A stretch of DNA of 64,000 nt, taken from the NCBI RefSeq assembly GCF_009914755.1, contig NC_060929.1. One strand, 5' to 3'. The notes under the pieces were generated by a model. That model was given only the letters and a program-made list of their open reading frames with translations. It was not told the origin of the DNA and did not search any database. Shown one piece after another: positions 14,285-27,596 of the stretch. The position numbers were made by a program, and so were the translations under genes. Origin of the DNA: the human T2T-CHM13v2.0 reference genome, Homo sapiens. The first letter of the stretch is position 1. Each line of letters starts with the position of its first letter.

Positions 14285-14878
14285 CTCCCCAGTCCCTAGC
14301 CATGCCTGCCCACATAATTCAGGCAGAGGCTGGCCTGCCATTCTGAAAGCTAGCACCAAGCGTGGCCTGGCAAGGAGGAGTAGAGCAATTTGGCTGCTCC
14401 CTGGCATTGCGACTGAGGCTTCTATTGGGACTATGCAGTTGTCACTGGGCTTTTCAGGGATTGAAGGCCTGTGGGGATCCCCATGGACTTGAGTGCTACC
14501 TCCCCGTCAACTCCAGGTGGTTCTCTGTATCAGTCCAGAGGTCCAGGGTTGGGGGGCGGGGGTGGCTGGGGCGAGGTGTTCTCCTCTTCCCAGGATTGCA
14601 CAGGTTCCTGTGAGAGGTATGAATTTTCTGAGGGCTCTCACTTTCACACTCTTTCTCCATGTTAGAGAGCTTCTCCTGGTTCCGTAAAAGTCCTGGGTGA
14701 GTGGCTGCCCGGTTTTGCTCTTCTCTTTTCTTCATGTTGCCTCACTCCCTTGATGGGTCTCAATGTGCTTTCTTAGGTGGTCCACTTGCAGAGTTAGTGT
14801 TCACTCACCACTTTGTTTTCTCTCTGTGAGAGCAGAACACACAAGCTATTTCTAGCCCACCATGTTGAGCCCGAACCC
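14285..14878 (-). mobile_element. Isolated old primate LINE-1 5'UTR fragment
   Basis: GC-rich block similar to the L1 5'UTR at 41550-41910 and ending 'gctatttctagcccaccatgttg', a degenerate version of the L1 5' terminus/YY1 site. Confidence 0.65.
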
Positions 14879-14905
14879 TAATTTTATTAAAAAACTCAAT
14901 GTTGT

Positions 14906-15302
<397 letters not shown>

Positions 15303-15884
15303 TTAACTTCACGAAAACAGGAAACATGTCTGATTCTTTGAACTATTGTTTTACCCATTCCTAGCATAGGGCTTGGTACATAACAGACACTGAATTAAAA
15401 TAAAATAGTTAAGTAAGAGTAGAAAGAAAGGATATAAGGAAAAATAAAGAAAAGTAAGCAAGGAAGGAAGACAATGGAACTAAGGAAAAATAGAAGTGGC
15501 AGGAAGGTTAGTTCCTGCCTGCAAACTAAAGTCATGATGGTCTTGAGGATATTACATCATTGCACAGGCCAAGCTCCTGTCAAGTAGGCCCAAGGAGTCA
15601 AGGTTGTGCTGATGACTGCCTGTGCATGTCCCTTACTATGTGATCAATGATACCCAAGACTATTCATATTCTACTTATACCATTTGTGGGAACAGGATGG
15701 AAAGTTTTATGTAGATAATGTTAAGAAGTTTGTTGTTGTTGTTGTTAATTTTCTTCTGTCTAATCTGAGAACTCGTTACCCAGTAATCTCTCAGGAACCC
15801 AAACACTTTGATCATATCAACCTGCTGCTACTAGCATTGCTTATGTCACAAAGAAAACTAATGATCCCTTTATTCACCATACTG

Positions 15885-16452
15885 AATGATGTTCCTGAAA
15901 TCAAGAGGTAAAATCTCATTGCTTTTTCCTTGAATATGGCCTACCCAAAACGTGACTTGTTTTTCATATAAAACATGGCAGAAGTGACTTTATAGGACAT
16001 GTAGGGCTAAATTATAAGACGTTTCACAGCTTCTGCCTATGTCTTCTGTGACTTTCGCTTTTGCAAAACTTATTCTAGGATAAGCCAGTCAGCACTAAGA
16101 AATTTGACTTCCCTAGGATTGCCATACTGTTAGGAAGTCTGAAGCAGACATATGGAGAAACTGTAGAAAGAGAGCTAGATGCCCAACCATCTTCCAGGTG
16201 TTGCACCCAATTCTGCAGAGGTGACAAATATAGAAATGAAGAGGTCATCTTTGGCTTTTAGCCTAGTTGAACCTCCAGATGATTCCTGTTTTAGCCATCA
16301 TCCAACTATAAAAAAAAGCATGAGAGGCCTCAAGTGAGAATTGCCCAGCTGAGCCTGGCCAACCCACAGTACTGAGAGATAATAATAAATTATCATTTAA
16401 AGCCACAGAGTTTTGGGGTGGTCAGTTATGCAACCTTAGTTAACCCAAAGCA
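15885..16452 (+). mobile_element. MaLR solo LTR, MLT1G/H-like
   Basis: 3' end 'gcccagctgagcc...aacccacagtactgagagataataataaatt...ttaaagccacagagttttggggtggtcagttatgcaacc'. Confidence 0.75.
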
Positions 16453-17207
16453 CTGAACAAAAGTATTACTTTGGAGAATTTATTTTCAATAACAAGGAAG
16501 AGAATGTGGTCTATCATGATCAATAACTATATATAACTAGGATTTGTTTCCTAGGGACCATGTGCTTCAAAGTAGGTCTATAAACTCTCCGTGTCTGACA
16601 TATGATCTGCACTAGTCTAGAGAGATCAACTTGTCAGGCATTCATCAAAGCTTCCTCTTCCACTGTGAAAAACATAGTATTTCTCATACGAAAAAAAAAA
16701 AAAATTCCCTCCTACTTTTGCATTTCTGTGGGCTCAGTGCAGCTACAAGTCAAGATAAAAACTAATATCCAGTGGTTCCCAAATCTTAAAGTATGTTTCT
16801 TTTAAAAATTGTATCTCTGTGGTGCCTACCTCCTCATACAGTTTCAGAAAGATAAGTGCCCACCAATTGTCAGTGTAATTGGTCTCAATGCAATTGACAC
16901 TGCATTCCACCAGCAATTTAACCTCATGTTGTGCATGTTTTGTGATGTCCCTGCCAGTCAGACAACCACAACAACTCAAAATGCTGGAAGGATCTACACA
17001 TATTTTCAGTAGAACAATATTTTAATACTTCCTAATACCTATACTTCCATGATATCATCCACCTGGCCTTACTCTTTTACATACTTTATTTGCATTGATA
17101 TATTAATATCCTTCATCCCATGCATTTGCCCCCTTCCCCCAACTACAACAGCTCCTCGCACTCATTTTGTCTATGTGCTTTTCCAATTCTGTGGATTGTC
17201 AAGCCTC

Positions 17208-17502
17208 TTTTTTTTTTTTTTTTTTTGATAGAGTCTCCCTCTGTTGCCCGGGCTAGAGTACAGTGGTGCAATCTCAGCTCACTGCAACCTCTGCCTCCCT
17301 GGTTCAAACAAGGCATGCCTCAGTCTCCCAAGCAGCTGGGACTACAAACACGAGCCACCATGCCCAGCTAATTTGTATTTTTATTGGAGAAGGGGTTTCA
17401 CCGTGTTGGCCAGGCTGGTTTGGAACTCCTGGCCTCAAGTGATTCACCCACCTCAGCCTCCCAAAGTGCTGGGATTATGGTCGTGAGCCACTGTCCCCAA
17501 CC
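17208..17502 (-). mobile_element. Alu SINE (AluJb/AluSz-like)
   Basis: Poly-T followed by a reverse Alu body; TSD tcaagcctc/tcaaacctc. Confidence 0.93.
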
Positions 17503-19401
17503 CTCAAACCTCATTGTTTTTAATGGAGATGCCAGATTTTAGGATGTTCTTCAAGGCTCTCCAATTTCAAATTCATCTGTATAATGCATACACTGCCCAA
17601 CTTTTAGTTTCGGATTATGTAAAATGGGAGTCACCTCAAAGAACATCCACATTGCTGCCAACACACAATTCCTACCAACAACATAACCAACTCACTTTAT
17701 TTTTCATCACAGAATTCAGTTGTGTTAAGTAATTTTACTGTTCTCCCAGAATTCCATAATTCACAGGAACCATGGAAAAACATATCTCACTAATGACAAT
17801 AGCCTTTCAAAAAACTCTAGGTTAGGATGCCCAGCTATTCAGCCATGTAGTGAGTATTTGCTTCATTTGCAGGGGCAGATTTGGAGCCTGGAATTGCCAC
17901 AGCCAAAAAGGCAAGATAAGTTTCTTGTAAAAATCCAAGGATGGAATACCAGAAAAAAAAAAATCTCAAAACTAAATTTAGCGATCTTGGGGTAGAATTA
18001 AAATAAAGGTCCAAGAGCAAAGTGTGCACGGATATGAATTCATCCCACTGACCACTACTGGTTTCATGATGTACTTTACAAACAATGAAAGCATCATATA
18101 AAATTAAAGGCATTCTATGAAATTACAGGCATTCTATAAAGTGACTTCTGCCATGTTTTACCAGAAAAAAAAAAACAAACCCAAAAAAGTTGAGTCATTA
18201 TAGCTAGGCCATATTCTAAAAGAAAGGATGACATTTCACCTATTTATTTCAGAAGCACCATTCAGTACAGAGAGGGAAGGGATTGATGGTTCCCCGTGTG
18301 ATATAAGCAGTGCTATTAGAAACAGGCTGATATGATCAGAATGTCTGGTCTTCCTTGCAATATTGGAAGTGTACAAAATATTAACAATATAAGTAAAGAA
18401 AAACACTATCAATATGGTATTCCATGTAATTAATAAATAAATCAAAATCAAATTTTTGAATTCAAAATGAAAAAATTCTGCTTCATAACATTTTGTAGTC
18501 TATTTTAAACTCATTTAAGAAAGAAAATTTTTCTTTAAAGTTTTTTGGATGAAGTTAGAAGTTTATTGTTGTCCTGATCTTTTGCACTCAAATAATTTTC
18601 AGTATTTGTCTAAACAAAAACACTGCTTTTACATGGATCCATCTGATTTGACAGCATAATCCTTCTCATCATAACAATCAAGCTGGAGCTTGATTTCACC
18701 ACTTAAGTGAAAATTGGTTTTCTAATGGAAAAATACATCATAATTATGTCGATAAAATTCCTGAGCAAAACTACTTAACAATGCAAGATTCAATACTAAC
18801 TCTTAACTTTGCGGAATACCTATGCAAATTGCTTCCTAGGAAACCAACTGTTTTGTTGTTTTGTTTTGTTTTTTCCTTATGCAAGGTCTTTTCTTATTAC
18901 TCAGTTTTTATAAACTGGCTATTTCATTCAACAACTAACAAAGATTTGTCCTTTATAATGTAATTGAGAATGCTAGTGACTTATTTTTAATCTTCCTTTT
19001 GAGAGCCTAACTGTATCTCCTTCTAATACATATAAAACATTATCTCTAGCTAAGCCACAGATGTGGTAAGTGAATGCAAAGGTTATTCGTATTTCCAAAG
19101 AGTACCCAGGGGAAACATTTTTCTGCCTCTTTCCCTTTTAAACAGTAACTCCTTTGTTATTCTCCATATTTCAGTTATTTGACAGCTCAAATAGTAAATT
19201 AAAAGCACTGCACCATCAAATACATTGCATTATATATTCTCCTAATTTCAAATCACATTAGATATGTGTATGTCCTTCCATCTCAATTCTCACTAGAAAT
19301 ATTGAAGATAAACATATCTCATTAATTAACTAAGAACTTAAGTATTATTAAGCAATTTTGAAACAAGTTAAAATTTTTTCAGAAACAGTAAAAATCTAGA
19401 T

Positions 19402-19722
19402 CATCACTGCAAAATAAATATAATGTGAGCAACAAATAGAAGCCACATAGGTAATTTTTTATTATCCTATCTAGTAGCTGCACTTAAAGTGTGAGATGAA
19501 ACAGTTGAAATTAATTTTAATAATAAATATCCAATATATGCAAACTGTTACCAATGCATAAGCAATATAAAACTCATTCAAAATGTATTTTACTTTTTTT
19601 CAAATTAACTTTCAAAATCCAGCATGTATTTTGCATTTACAGCATATTCTAATCTGAACTACTCACATTTCAAGAGCTTTTATTAGCCTCATGGCTAGTG
19701 GCTACCACATTGACCAGTGAGT
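19402..19722. mobile_element. MER33 hAT-Charlie DNA transposon
   Basis: 'aaatataatgtgagc...gaaattaattttaataata...cacatttcaag...ggctagtggctaccacattg' matches MER33. Confidence 0.85.
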
Positions 19723-20160
19723 TCTCAAGGGTAAAGGGTCAAGATCTATCTTAACAGAGACTCATTGCCCTAGGACTACTTATGAAAGATCAGAAATTTT
19801 TAATAAAGTTTCATAAAGCTCAATGATTTCTAAAAGCCTAAGCAATTCATGGAAAATATATATTTTTAGGGAACTTCCATGAGTCATGAGAGATGACTCA
19901 ATGAGTGGCTTGAAAAGTTCACATCATGCCCTTCCATCCCTGTTTATGCAGCCCAGTTTTATGGATAGCTAAGTATAGCTTATATTGAAAGGAATTCCCT
20001 TTAATTACTTTACTTTAAGATGACTATTATCTAATCCATTTTCTTCTCATTTCACTTGCCTAGCATATATGAAGCATTTGATATTCCCTTTCTTGCTGCT
20101 TCCCTTGAACTCAGACTAAAGTATGATTTAGAATGGGATCTATCCACACAAACAGTACTA

Positions 20161-20685
20161 TTTATATTTTTTTCAGCTTTATTGAGGAACCATAAATTGT
20201 ACAAATAATTGCATATATTCAAGGTGCACAATGTGATGCTTTAATATATATTTATATATAGTGAAATTATTACCACAATAAAGCTAATTAATGTATCTAT
20301 GACCTCACATGGTTTGTGTGTGTATGTGAGGTGAGAATAAGAACTATTCTGTTAGCAAATATCAATCATACAGTATATTATTATTACTGTAGTCACAATG
20401 CTGTACATTCAATCTTTAGAACTTATTCATATTTTAACTAGAAATTTGTACATTTTGACCAAAATTTCCCCATTTTCTTCACTGCCCAACCTCTGGTAAC
20501 CACCTTTCTACTCCCTATTTCTATGTGTTCAGCTTTTTCAGATTCTGCATATGAGATCATGCAGGATTTGTCATTCTGTATTTGTTTATTTTGCTTACCA
20601 TGAAGGTCTCCAGGTAAATCTTTGTTTTCATATATGGCAGTATTTCCTTCTTTTTAAAGGCTGAATAATATTCTATTATGTATTT
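20161..20685 (-). mobile_element. L1MA (MA8/9-like) 3' fragment
   Basis: 'cagctttattgagg...gtagtcacaatgctgtacatt...agaacttattcat...ctggtaaccacc...ggctgaataatattc', a typical L1MA 3'UTR in reverse. Confidence 0.85.
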
Positions 20686-21846
20686 TCATTAAAATAGATT
20701 TTATTTTATTTCCATTATATGTAATATTTTATTACATTTTAAATAAAATTAAAATTATGGCTGGTTAGTATTCTAAAACCTGATAAGCTATTTTATATTT
20801 TACCAAGGAAAATGTGTTCTAACGTTTATTCATTCTGCCTGTATTTGCTCATCACCATAAAGGATAAAACAACCTCCAAGCAGAGATGAGATAATCATTG
20901 CATGACTTTGTGCATGTTTGTCTTGTCTTCACATTGTGCCACAAGGTAGTTATACTAATATCATAGGAGCAGAAATTAACGTTATCCCATGGAATGAGAG
21001 ACAGGCTGGAGACCTACACATGGTAGGTGTATTGATTTCTTCATTGTGTAAAAGGATGTATTAAAATGTGTAAAATAGCCATTTTGAATTTTGACCCTTT
21101 CAGAAGCATCCCATTTCACCATACTTCAAAAATGTATGATGATTTCCATGTGATTCTGCTGTTGTTGTTGTTTCTCTTGAAGTGGTCTGATTGTTAGGAA
21201 ATTGGAGGTAATTGTAAATAAACGTTAAATTTCCATGTTAAACTCTTTGAGGCTAAATGTCTACTTCTCTATTTTTCCTAATAACAACACCAGAAATCAT
21301 TCTATTTGGGCGAATAGGCTATTTTTGGTTTCCAAAAATGTCACATTTTAGCAAAATATCTTCCAGGAAACAGGAGTCAGGAAGCAAGGACTTTGGTAGC
21401 TAATGGGAGTAGTTAAGCTTTAGAAATAGAAATAAAGTAGTGATCACTTTACTATTTACTTAAAGTTAAAGGACAAATAAATATCATATTTAATGCAAAA
21501 ATGGCTGCAGTGTATTTTGGTAAACTTACAGGTGAGAAATGCCAAAATCACTTTAGCTCTGTGATTGCAAGTAAGTGACAAGGCATCCCAGGGCATGTGA
21601 TTAAACTGCCACAGAAAAATGCAGTGAAACTTTTAGTGACAGACAAATTGAAAACTTTCTAACAGTAATGTCACATTAACACAGAGCAAGTGCAGTAGCA
21701 CAGCAAGGAAGAGAAAGAACAATGAATGTGTTTGACAATCCCTGTCTGGGTATTTGGGATTATCCAGACAATAGCAGAGAAAACAATTGCCAATCAAGTG
21801 AATTAAACAAGATCTGAGTAAAGACTGTTGACTAAAAGGACATCTG

Positions 21847-22002
21847 ATAATGCTTCTAAATTTATATCTGCATACACTATAAAATAATTAAACACAAAGC
21901 AAAAGAAAATGACTAAAATGGAAATAATCCTTCTAAATTTATATCTGCATACACTATAAAATAATCTTACACAAAGCAAAAGAAAATGAGTAAAATGGAA
22001 AT
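21847..22002. repeat. Tandem duplication, 77-bp unit x2
   Basis: 'ataat(g/c)cttctaaatttatatctgcatacactataaaataat...acacaaagcaaaagaaaatga(c/g)taaaatggaaat' at 21847 and 21924. Confidence 0.95.
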
Positions 22003-22294
22003 GAGTAATAAGTAAAATAACAGAGTTGAATTAAAATTTATCTAGAAAAAGGAATTGATACGTATTTATAATCCTATGAACAAACTAACTTGTCACCAAG
22101 TGTCACTTTGCATGAGGATTATTTCTACTATTTTGATATATGAGAGCCTGCGAAGAAAGGTGTCAGGCATTCTGGGACCTTTGTGCCACCAAGTTAGGGA
22201 TATGCGTAGGAAAAAAGATTAATAATATGAACTGGCAAAAGGCAGTGTTGTAAAGATTTGATACGGATATAATTCTCTGTGAAAGTATCAATGA

Positions 22295-22895
22295 ATGCTA
22301 TTCAAAATTTAGTATGCATACAAATCACCTGGGAATCTTTTTAGCATGCACATTCTAACTCAGTAGGTATAAAGTCTGCACAGCAATTCTGCATTTGCAC
22401 AGAGCTCCCAGGTAATATTGACACTGCCCCTTTACACATCACCTATTGTGTCTTGGATCTGTGTAACCACCAAATCTTACGTTGAATTGTAATCTCCAAC
22501 ATTTGCGGTCCGACCCAGTGGGAGGTGATTGGGTCATGGGGGCAGATCCTTCTTAGCTTGGTGCTGTCTTTGCGATAGTGAGTGAGTTCACTTTACATGA
22601 GATCTGGTTATTTAAAGTGTGTGGCATCTCCCTGCCACCCTTATTTAAAGTGTGTGGCAGCACCCTTGCTCCTGCTCTGGCCATGTGATGTGCCTGCTCC
22701 TGCTTCACCTTTTCCCATAAATAAAAGCTCTCTGGTGCCTCCGCCGAAGCCAAGAAGATGCCAGTGCTATGCTTCCTGTACAGCCTGCAGAACTGTGGAC
22801 CAATTAAGCCTGTTTTCTTTATAAACTACTCAGTCTCAGGAATTTCTTTATAGCAATGCAAGAATGGCCCACTACACCACCCTTTGAGAAACAGG
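22295..22895. mobile_element. MER5A-like DNA transposon interrupted by MST LTR
   Basis: 'gcatacaaatcacctgggaatc...ttctgcattt...agctcccaggtaat' on the left and terminal 'ctttgagaaac' on the right of the LTR. Confidence 0.75.
22444..22876 (+). mobile_element. MSTA/MSTB MaLR solo LTR
   Basis: 'ggaggtgattgggtcatggggg...cctgtacagcctgcagaactgtg...ctttatagcaatgcaagaatgg'; 5-bp TSD tcacc/ccacc. Confidence 0.9.
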
Positions 22896-22916
22896 ATGTA
22901 ATGAACTGTTATAGCT

Positions 22917-23465
22917 GTGTTTATTATCTACCCATCATGCATTTTGCTCCCCTTTTTTGGTCCCTTTTCTTATAAAAAGCACTTTGTGTCTGTGTATGAC
23001 TATAACCTGCTCACTCCTGAACCCTTCACCTAGATAATGGTTGAAACATTATCCAAGTCCACCAATTAGAGTCCTCATTCTTTAGACTGTGATTGGATTA
23101 TTGATGGGCACATGATACAAGCCAGACAAATCAGAATCTTTAGAAACTTTGCTGAAACTCTTGGAAAAGATGTATAATCTTTCACTAAGATTTCCAGGTT
23201 GAAAGACAATTTAATCCATTTGGTGGTGATTCTCTTTATTTCTCTGAACAAAACACTGAGAATGAAGCCAACATGGGTGGAAGTGAAATTGAGAGATGGA
23301 GGAAGAGAAAATTTCCTAATCACATAGTTTTAATGCTGAGTTCAGTCATATCTAAGGCCCATTTACCCCTTTGAAGTTCCCAGTTGGTGAGCCAATATAT
23401 TCTTTTTGCCTGTTTGACTTAATTGGAGTCATTTTCCTTAAAGAAGAGAAAAGAACTGATCTTAC
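22917..23465 (+). mobile_element. MaLR LTR, MLT1J/K/L-like
   Basis: 'gattggattattgatgggcacatgatacaagcc...gagaatgaagccaac...gagccaatatattc'. Confidence 0.6.
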
Positions 23466-26400
23466 TCCTCTCATGCATCTAATATTCTTCTTCTGAATTA
23501 AAGTTTCAGGTTTTACTTCTTGCCCTCTACACCTCTCTGATTTACAATATAAAGGCTTGCATGTGTGATTTTTCTCCTTTCACAGGTGCTAGACACAATC
23601 CTGACACAACAGGAACTCTATTATGACCATCAGCAGAATTCAGGGCCATGTTGGTTGCTCTCATAAAATCACATATTCGAAAAATATGGCTGATTGTTTA
23701 GACATCTATCTTTTGTGTCATTACTCCTTTCCATATTGACACTTTTGTCTTCTTTCTATCATATTTACTTGACTTACTACTGGTATGTGTTTCTTACAAC
23801 TCTACAGCTGATAACACTTTTAGCAATTATGTCTAGTATATTAAATATTCAATATAAATTTAATTTTTTCTGCACTTACTCATTTTCTGCTTCTTGCAGA
23901 AATACTTTCATCTCACTTATGTAATATAGAAGAAAAGAAATAGTAACCTAGTATGCAATCAGAACTTTTCCAACCACAAAGACTCAGCAGGTGTCATGTA
24001 GAGATGGCATTGTTGTCATTCAGCATTTATATTGCTCTTTATTTCCATCATGCTATAATTCTCTTTACTTTCAGTAAGTTAATGCATGTTTTATCAGATG
24101 AGGTAAGAGTTCAACAAGGTCTCTTTCTAAAAGCAAAATCATTTCAAAGTCAATTAGTGCCTAAGATGCTGTTTGGAGAATTAAATTATACATTGTTCTG
24201 AATTTGAAAGTCTGCTTTCTTCCGTAAGCAGCTTATTTTTTAAAAAAATATAAATGCTAGTTTCAATTCTGGATATTATTTTACTAGATGATAATTATTA
24301 GCATGATAATATTATTTTTAATTTAAATTTCTTACATTCAGAAACGAATGGTTCACCCTATGTCTGCCATAAGGTAAAGGCACTGGAATATTTCTTCATG
24401 AGTTTTAATTCTCATCGTGGGAAGATGTGTTGCCCTGGTGATTCCCAGGGTCAACATGTGGCTTTAAAAATGTTTCCATGAAGACACACAATTTAGGGAA
24501 GCATGGTCAACACAATAGGCTATGGAATCTTAGTACCATCAAATGAAGCCAAAATACTAACCAGTTTTTCAGCATTACACCTCTGGCTTCTCACTGACAC
24601 TGTATTGCTAAGTGTTACTCATTTTTAGCATTTATTTCTCTTTTACTTCTCCCCCATTTCATCCCTCCCCTTGCCCAATACCCAGTACCTTCAAGCTGTT
24701 TCTTCAGTTTTGAGAATTACCCATAGAGGTGTAAAAACTTTAAACTTTTTATCGTCTACTCCAAATTCAAGTCTGTTTTATTCTTTAAAGGAAAAAAAAA
24801 AGAGTTGCCTATGGTTCTTGATTTGTGACCCTTGGTAAGGGCCCTGTTGTGAATATTTCTCCAGTGCTCTGTCTTGTGGGCTGAAAATGTTATCAAAAGC
24901 ACTATCTTCTCTTTGCTCAAATCTACTAAACTAAATTAATTCTTGCTAACAAATTATTGACAATTAGTGACTTTATATATTAACTTTGCCATGTAAAGCA
25001 TTTTATATTTTCATACAACCTTTATGAACCAAAATGCTTTTCAAAATTACCATTTAATACTACTTCAATAGATATGATACAAAATCCAAATCTCTAAACA
25101 ACAACAAAAAAACCTAATCAAAATTAACCTGAGATTTTTTGTTGGTAGTTTTGTTTGCCTGTGTTTTTGTTGGTTTGCTTATTTTTGCTCCAGTGAATGC
25201 TTAACAACTAGCACAGTGCCTGGTACCCAGCAGGTACTTAGTAAATTACTGATAAACATAAACTAAAAGATGCATTTGTACTGGGTTCCTTTTACGGTTT
25301 TACTCAAGCTACTTGTTCCTAGGTTTGGAGCCGCCTGGATGGGACAGCTTCTCACAAACAATTATTTGCCAATTACATCAATCATTCTTGAGATTTTTTT
25401 AATGAAACAATCTGTTAGATACCCATCAACCTTGAATCTCCTCATCAAAGCTGCTGAAAATTTCAATCTCTTCACTGAAGCTGAAGTTGCTCAATCACCA
25501 ATGACTTTGATATCAAATTTAAATCAACTGTTTCTAAAGGTGACCTCAATGGAATCCCGGTCATAAAATGAGGTGGAGAACAAAGAATACTCATCTTAAT
25601 CACCCCTACAGGATTTACTCAAAATGTTGTTTGGTCAAGCCTATGTAAATAATATGAACTGACAATGATTTAGTTAGGTTTCTATAAAAGCTAGCACTGA
25701 CCCAGGTTCAAGTCATTTTAAGAAAAATGTAGTGTTTACTGACAAAAATCCATGACGACTAGACAAGAAAAAATGTCAAAAATTATGAAGATTCCCCCTT
25801 TCAGGGCCTAGATAGCATCTTTTCTTCCTGTGCTTGGTTCTCTTTCCTCTATAAGCCAGCTTCTTCTGGTTACTGATGGGTCTGCTCCCTCATCATGTAT
25901 GCTTGCCCACAACCCTAAATCTTATTTTCAATCTTATTCCTAAATCAAGTAATTTTTTCAGTTAGACCAGCTTCTGGACACAATATCAGCTACCTCAGTC
26001 ACTGAATGATGCCAGATTACAAATACTCACGGGAGTAATCTGAATGGTCTAGTTCATCTTTGTGCAAATATATATATATATATATAATATATATATATGC
26101 ATATATGTCATAAGTTACTAGTGAATGATATTTTAACATTGCCACATACCTCTATTTTAATTCGTCATTATAAATAATAGGTGGTGAATATGGCAAATTA
26201 GATAGCAGGATCTGTGTACAGAAATTTACCCCAAAGTGAATGTGACCCAGGATAGATGTAAACTATAATTACTAATAAAATAATTTATAAGACTGTTGAG
26301 GAGTTTTCGACATAAAATGAGAAAAAAAAACTTTTAATTTCCAAAAGTTCAAATCTTCGGATTATTAGCACTTGAGACTTATTAGCTTTATAAAAGCAAA

Positions 26401-26712
26401 GAGTTCTCATTTGCTAGCCTGCCACTTGTAAGCAAATGATCTTATTTTTGTTCTCTCTCTTTTGTGGTTTGTGCATAATATTAGGGCATTTTAATCATTT
26501 AAATTTTTTTTCTGCCAGAAAATTAGATACAGGTAATAGGGAAGAAAGAAAAGGGAATCAGCCTTTCACTCACAGAAAATTTAAAGTGTGAATAAAAGAG
26601 AAGATGTTCATTTGTAATGAGTGTGAAAGATAGTGTCTTCCCCATGGAGGCACTCATTTCAGAGATGCACTTTCCATTCTTAAGATCCATTTGCAACAAG
26701 GCAGAAATTCTG

Positions 26713-27010
26713 GGCCAGGTGCAGTGGCTCATGCCTGTAATCCCAGCAATTTGGGAGGCAGAGGCGGATGGATAACTTGAGGTTAGGAGTTCGAGACCAA
26801 CCTTGCCAAGATGGTGAAACCCCATCTCTGCTAAAAGATACAAAAATTAGCTGGGCATGGTGGCACGCACCTGTAGTCCCAGCTACTCCAAAGGCTGAGG
26901 CATGAAATTCGTTTGAACCTGGAAGGCAGTGGTTGCAGTGAGCCAAGATCACACCACTGCACTCAAGCCTGGGCGACATAATGACACTCTTTCTTAAAAA
27001 AAAAAAAAAA
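26713..27010 (+). mobile_element. AluS SINE
   Basis: Full Alu with poly-A; 'aaattctg' repeated on both sides. Confidence 0.95.
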
Positions 27011-27319
27011 ATTCTGGAAAGTAATCCAGGACCCACACAAAGCAGGAAAATTGGTCATTTGCCCCAGGTCTCATATTTCTAAGGAAGTTAATGATTTAGG
27101 TTATTAATGACAAACTAAAAGATGCCATATATGCAATAGTCATATTCATGTATTATGTATTAAGATGTAAATTTGTTTATAATACATTTAAAGAACAGCA
27201 ATTTTATAATTTGGTTTGGATTTCTTCATTATTAACATGTTACAAACCTAAAAAGTTCGTAATGTTTTAGACCTCTCTCAGCTTCTTTATCATCTCAGGA
27301 CTCATGCATGTTCTTTATC

Positions 27320-27596
27320 TTTTTTTTTTAAGACAAGTTCTTGCTTTGTCACTCAGGCTGAAGTTAACTCTCACTGCAGCCTCAGTCTCCTGGGCTCAAG
27401 TGATCCATCCACCTTAGTCTCCTGAAAAGTAGCTGGCACTACAGGCATGTGCTTTGATGCCCAGCTAATTTCTATATTTTTAGAAATGTGGGTCTATAAT
27501 GCCCAGGCTGGTTTCAAACTCCTGGCCTCAAATAATCTTCCTGTCTTGGCTTCTCAAAGAGCTAGAATTACAGGCATTCACTGCTGTGCTTGGCCT
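27320..27596 (-). mobile_element. AluJ SINE
   Basis: AluJ diagnostics 'cactgcagcctc...cctgggctcaagtgatcc'; ends 'gtgcttggcc'. Confidence 0.88.

Noticed and set aside
21737-21770. Imperfect hairpin tgtctgg/ccagaca
   Set aside because: The perfect stem is only 7 bp, plausible by chance in 64 kb.
26067-26106. (TA)n and other microsatellites (also ~815, 13418, 13820, 31232, 54855, 58205)
   Set aside because: Ordinary simple repeats.
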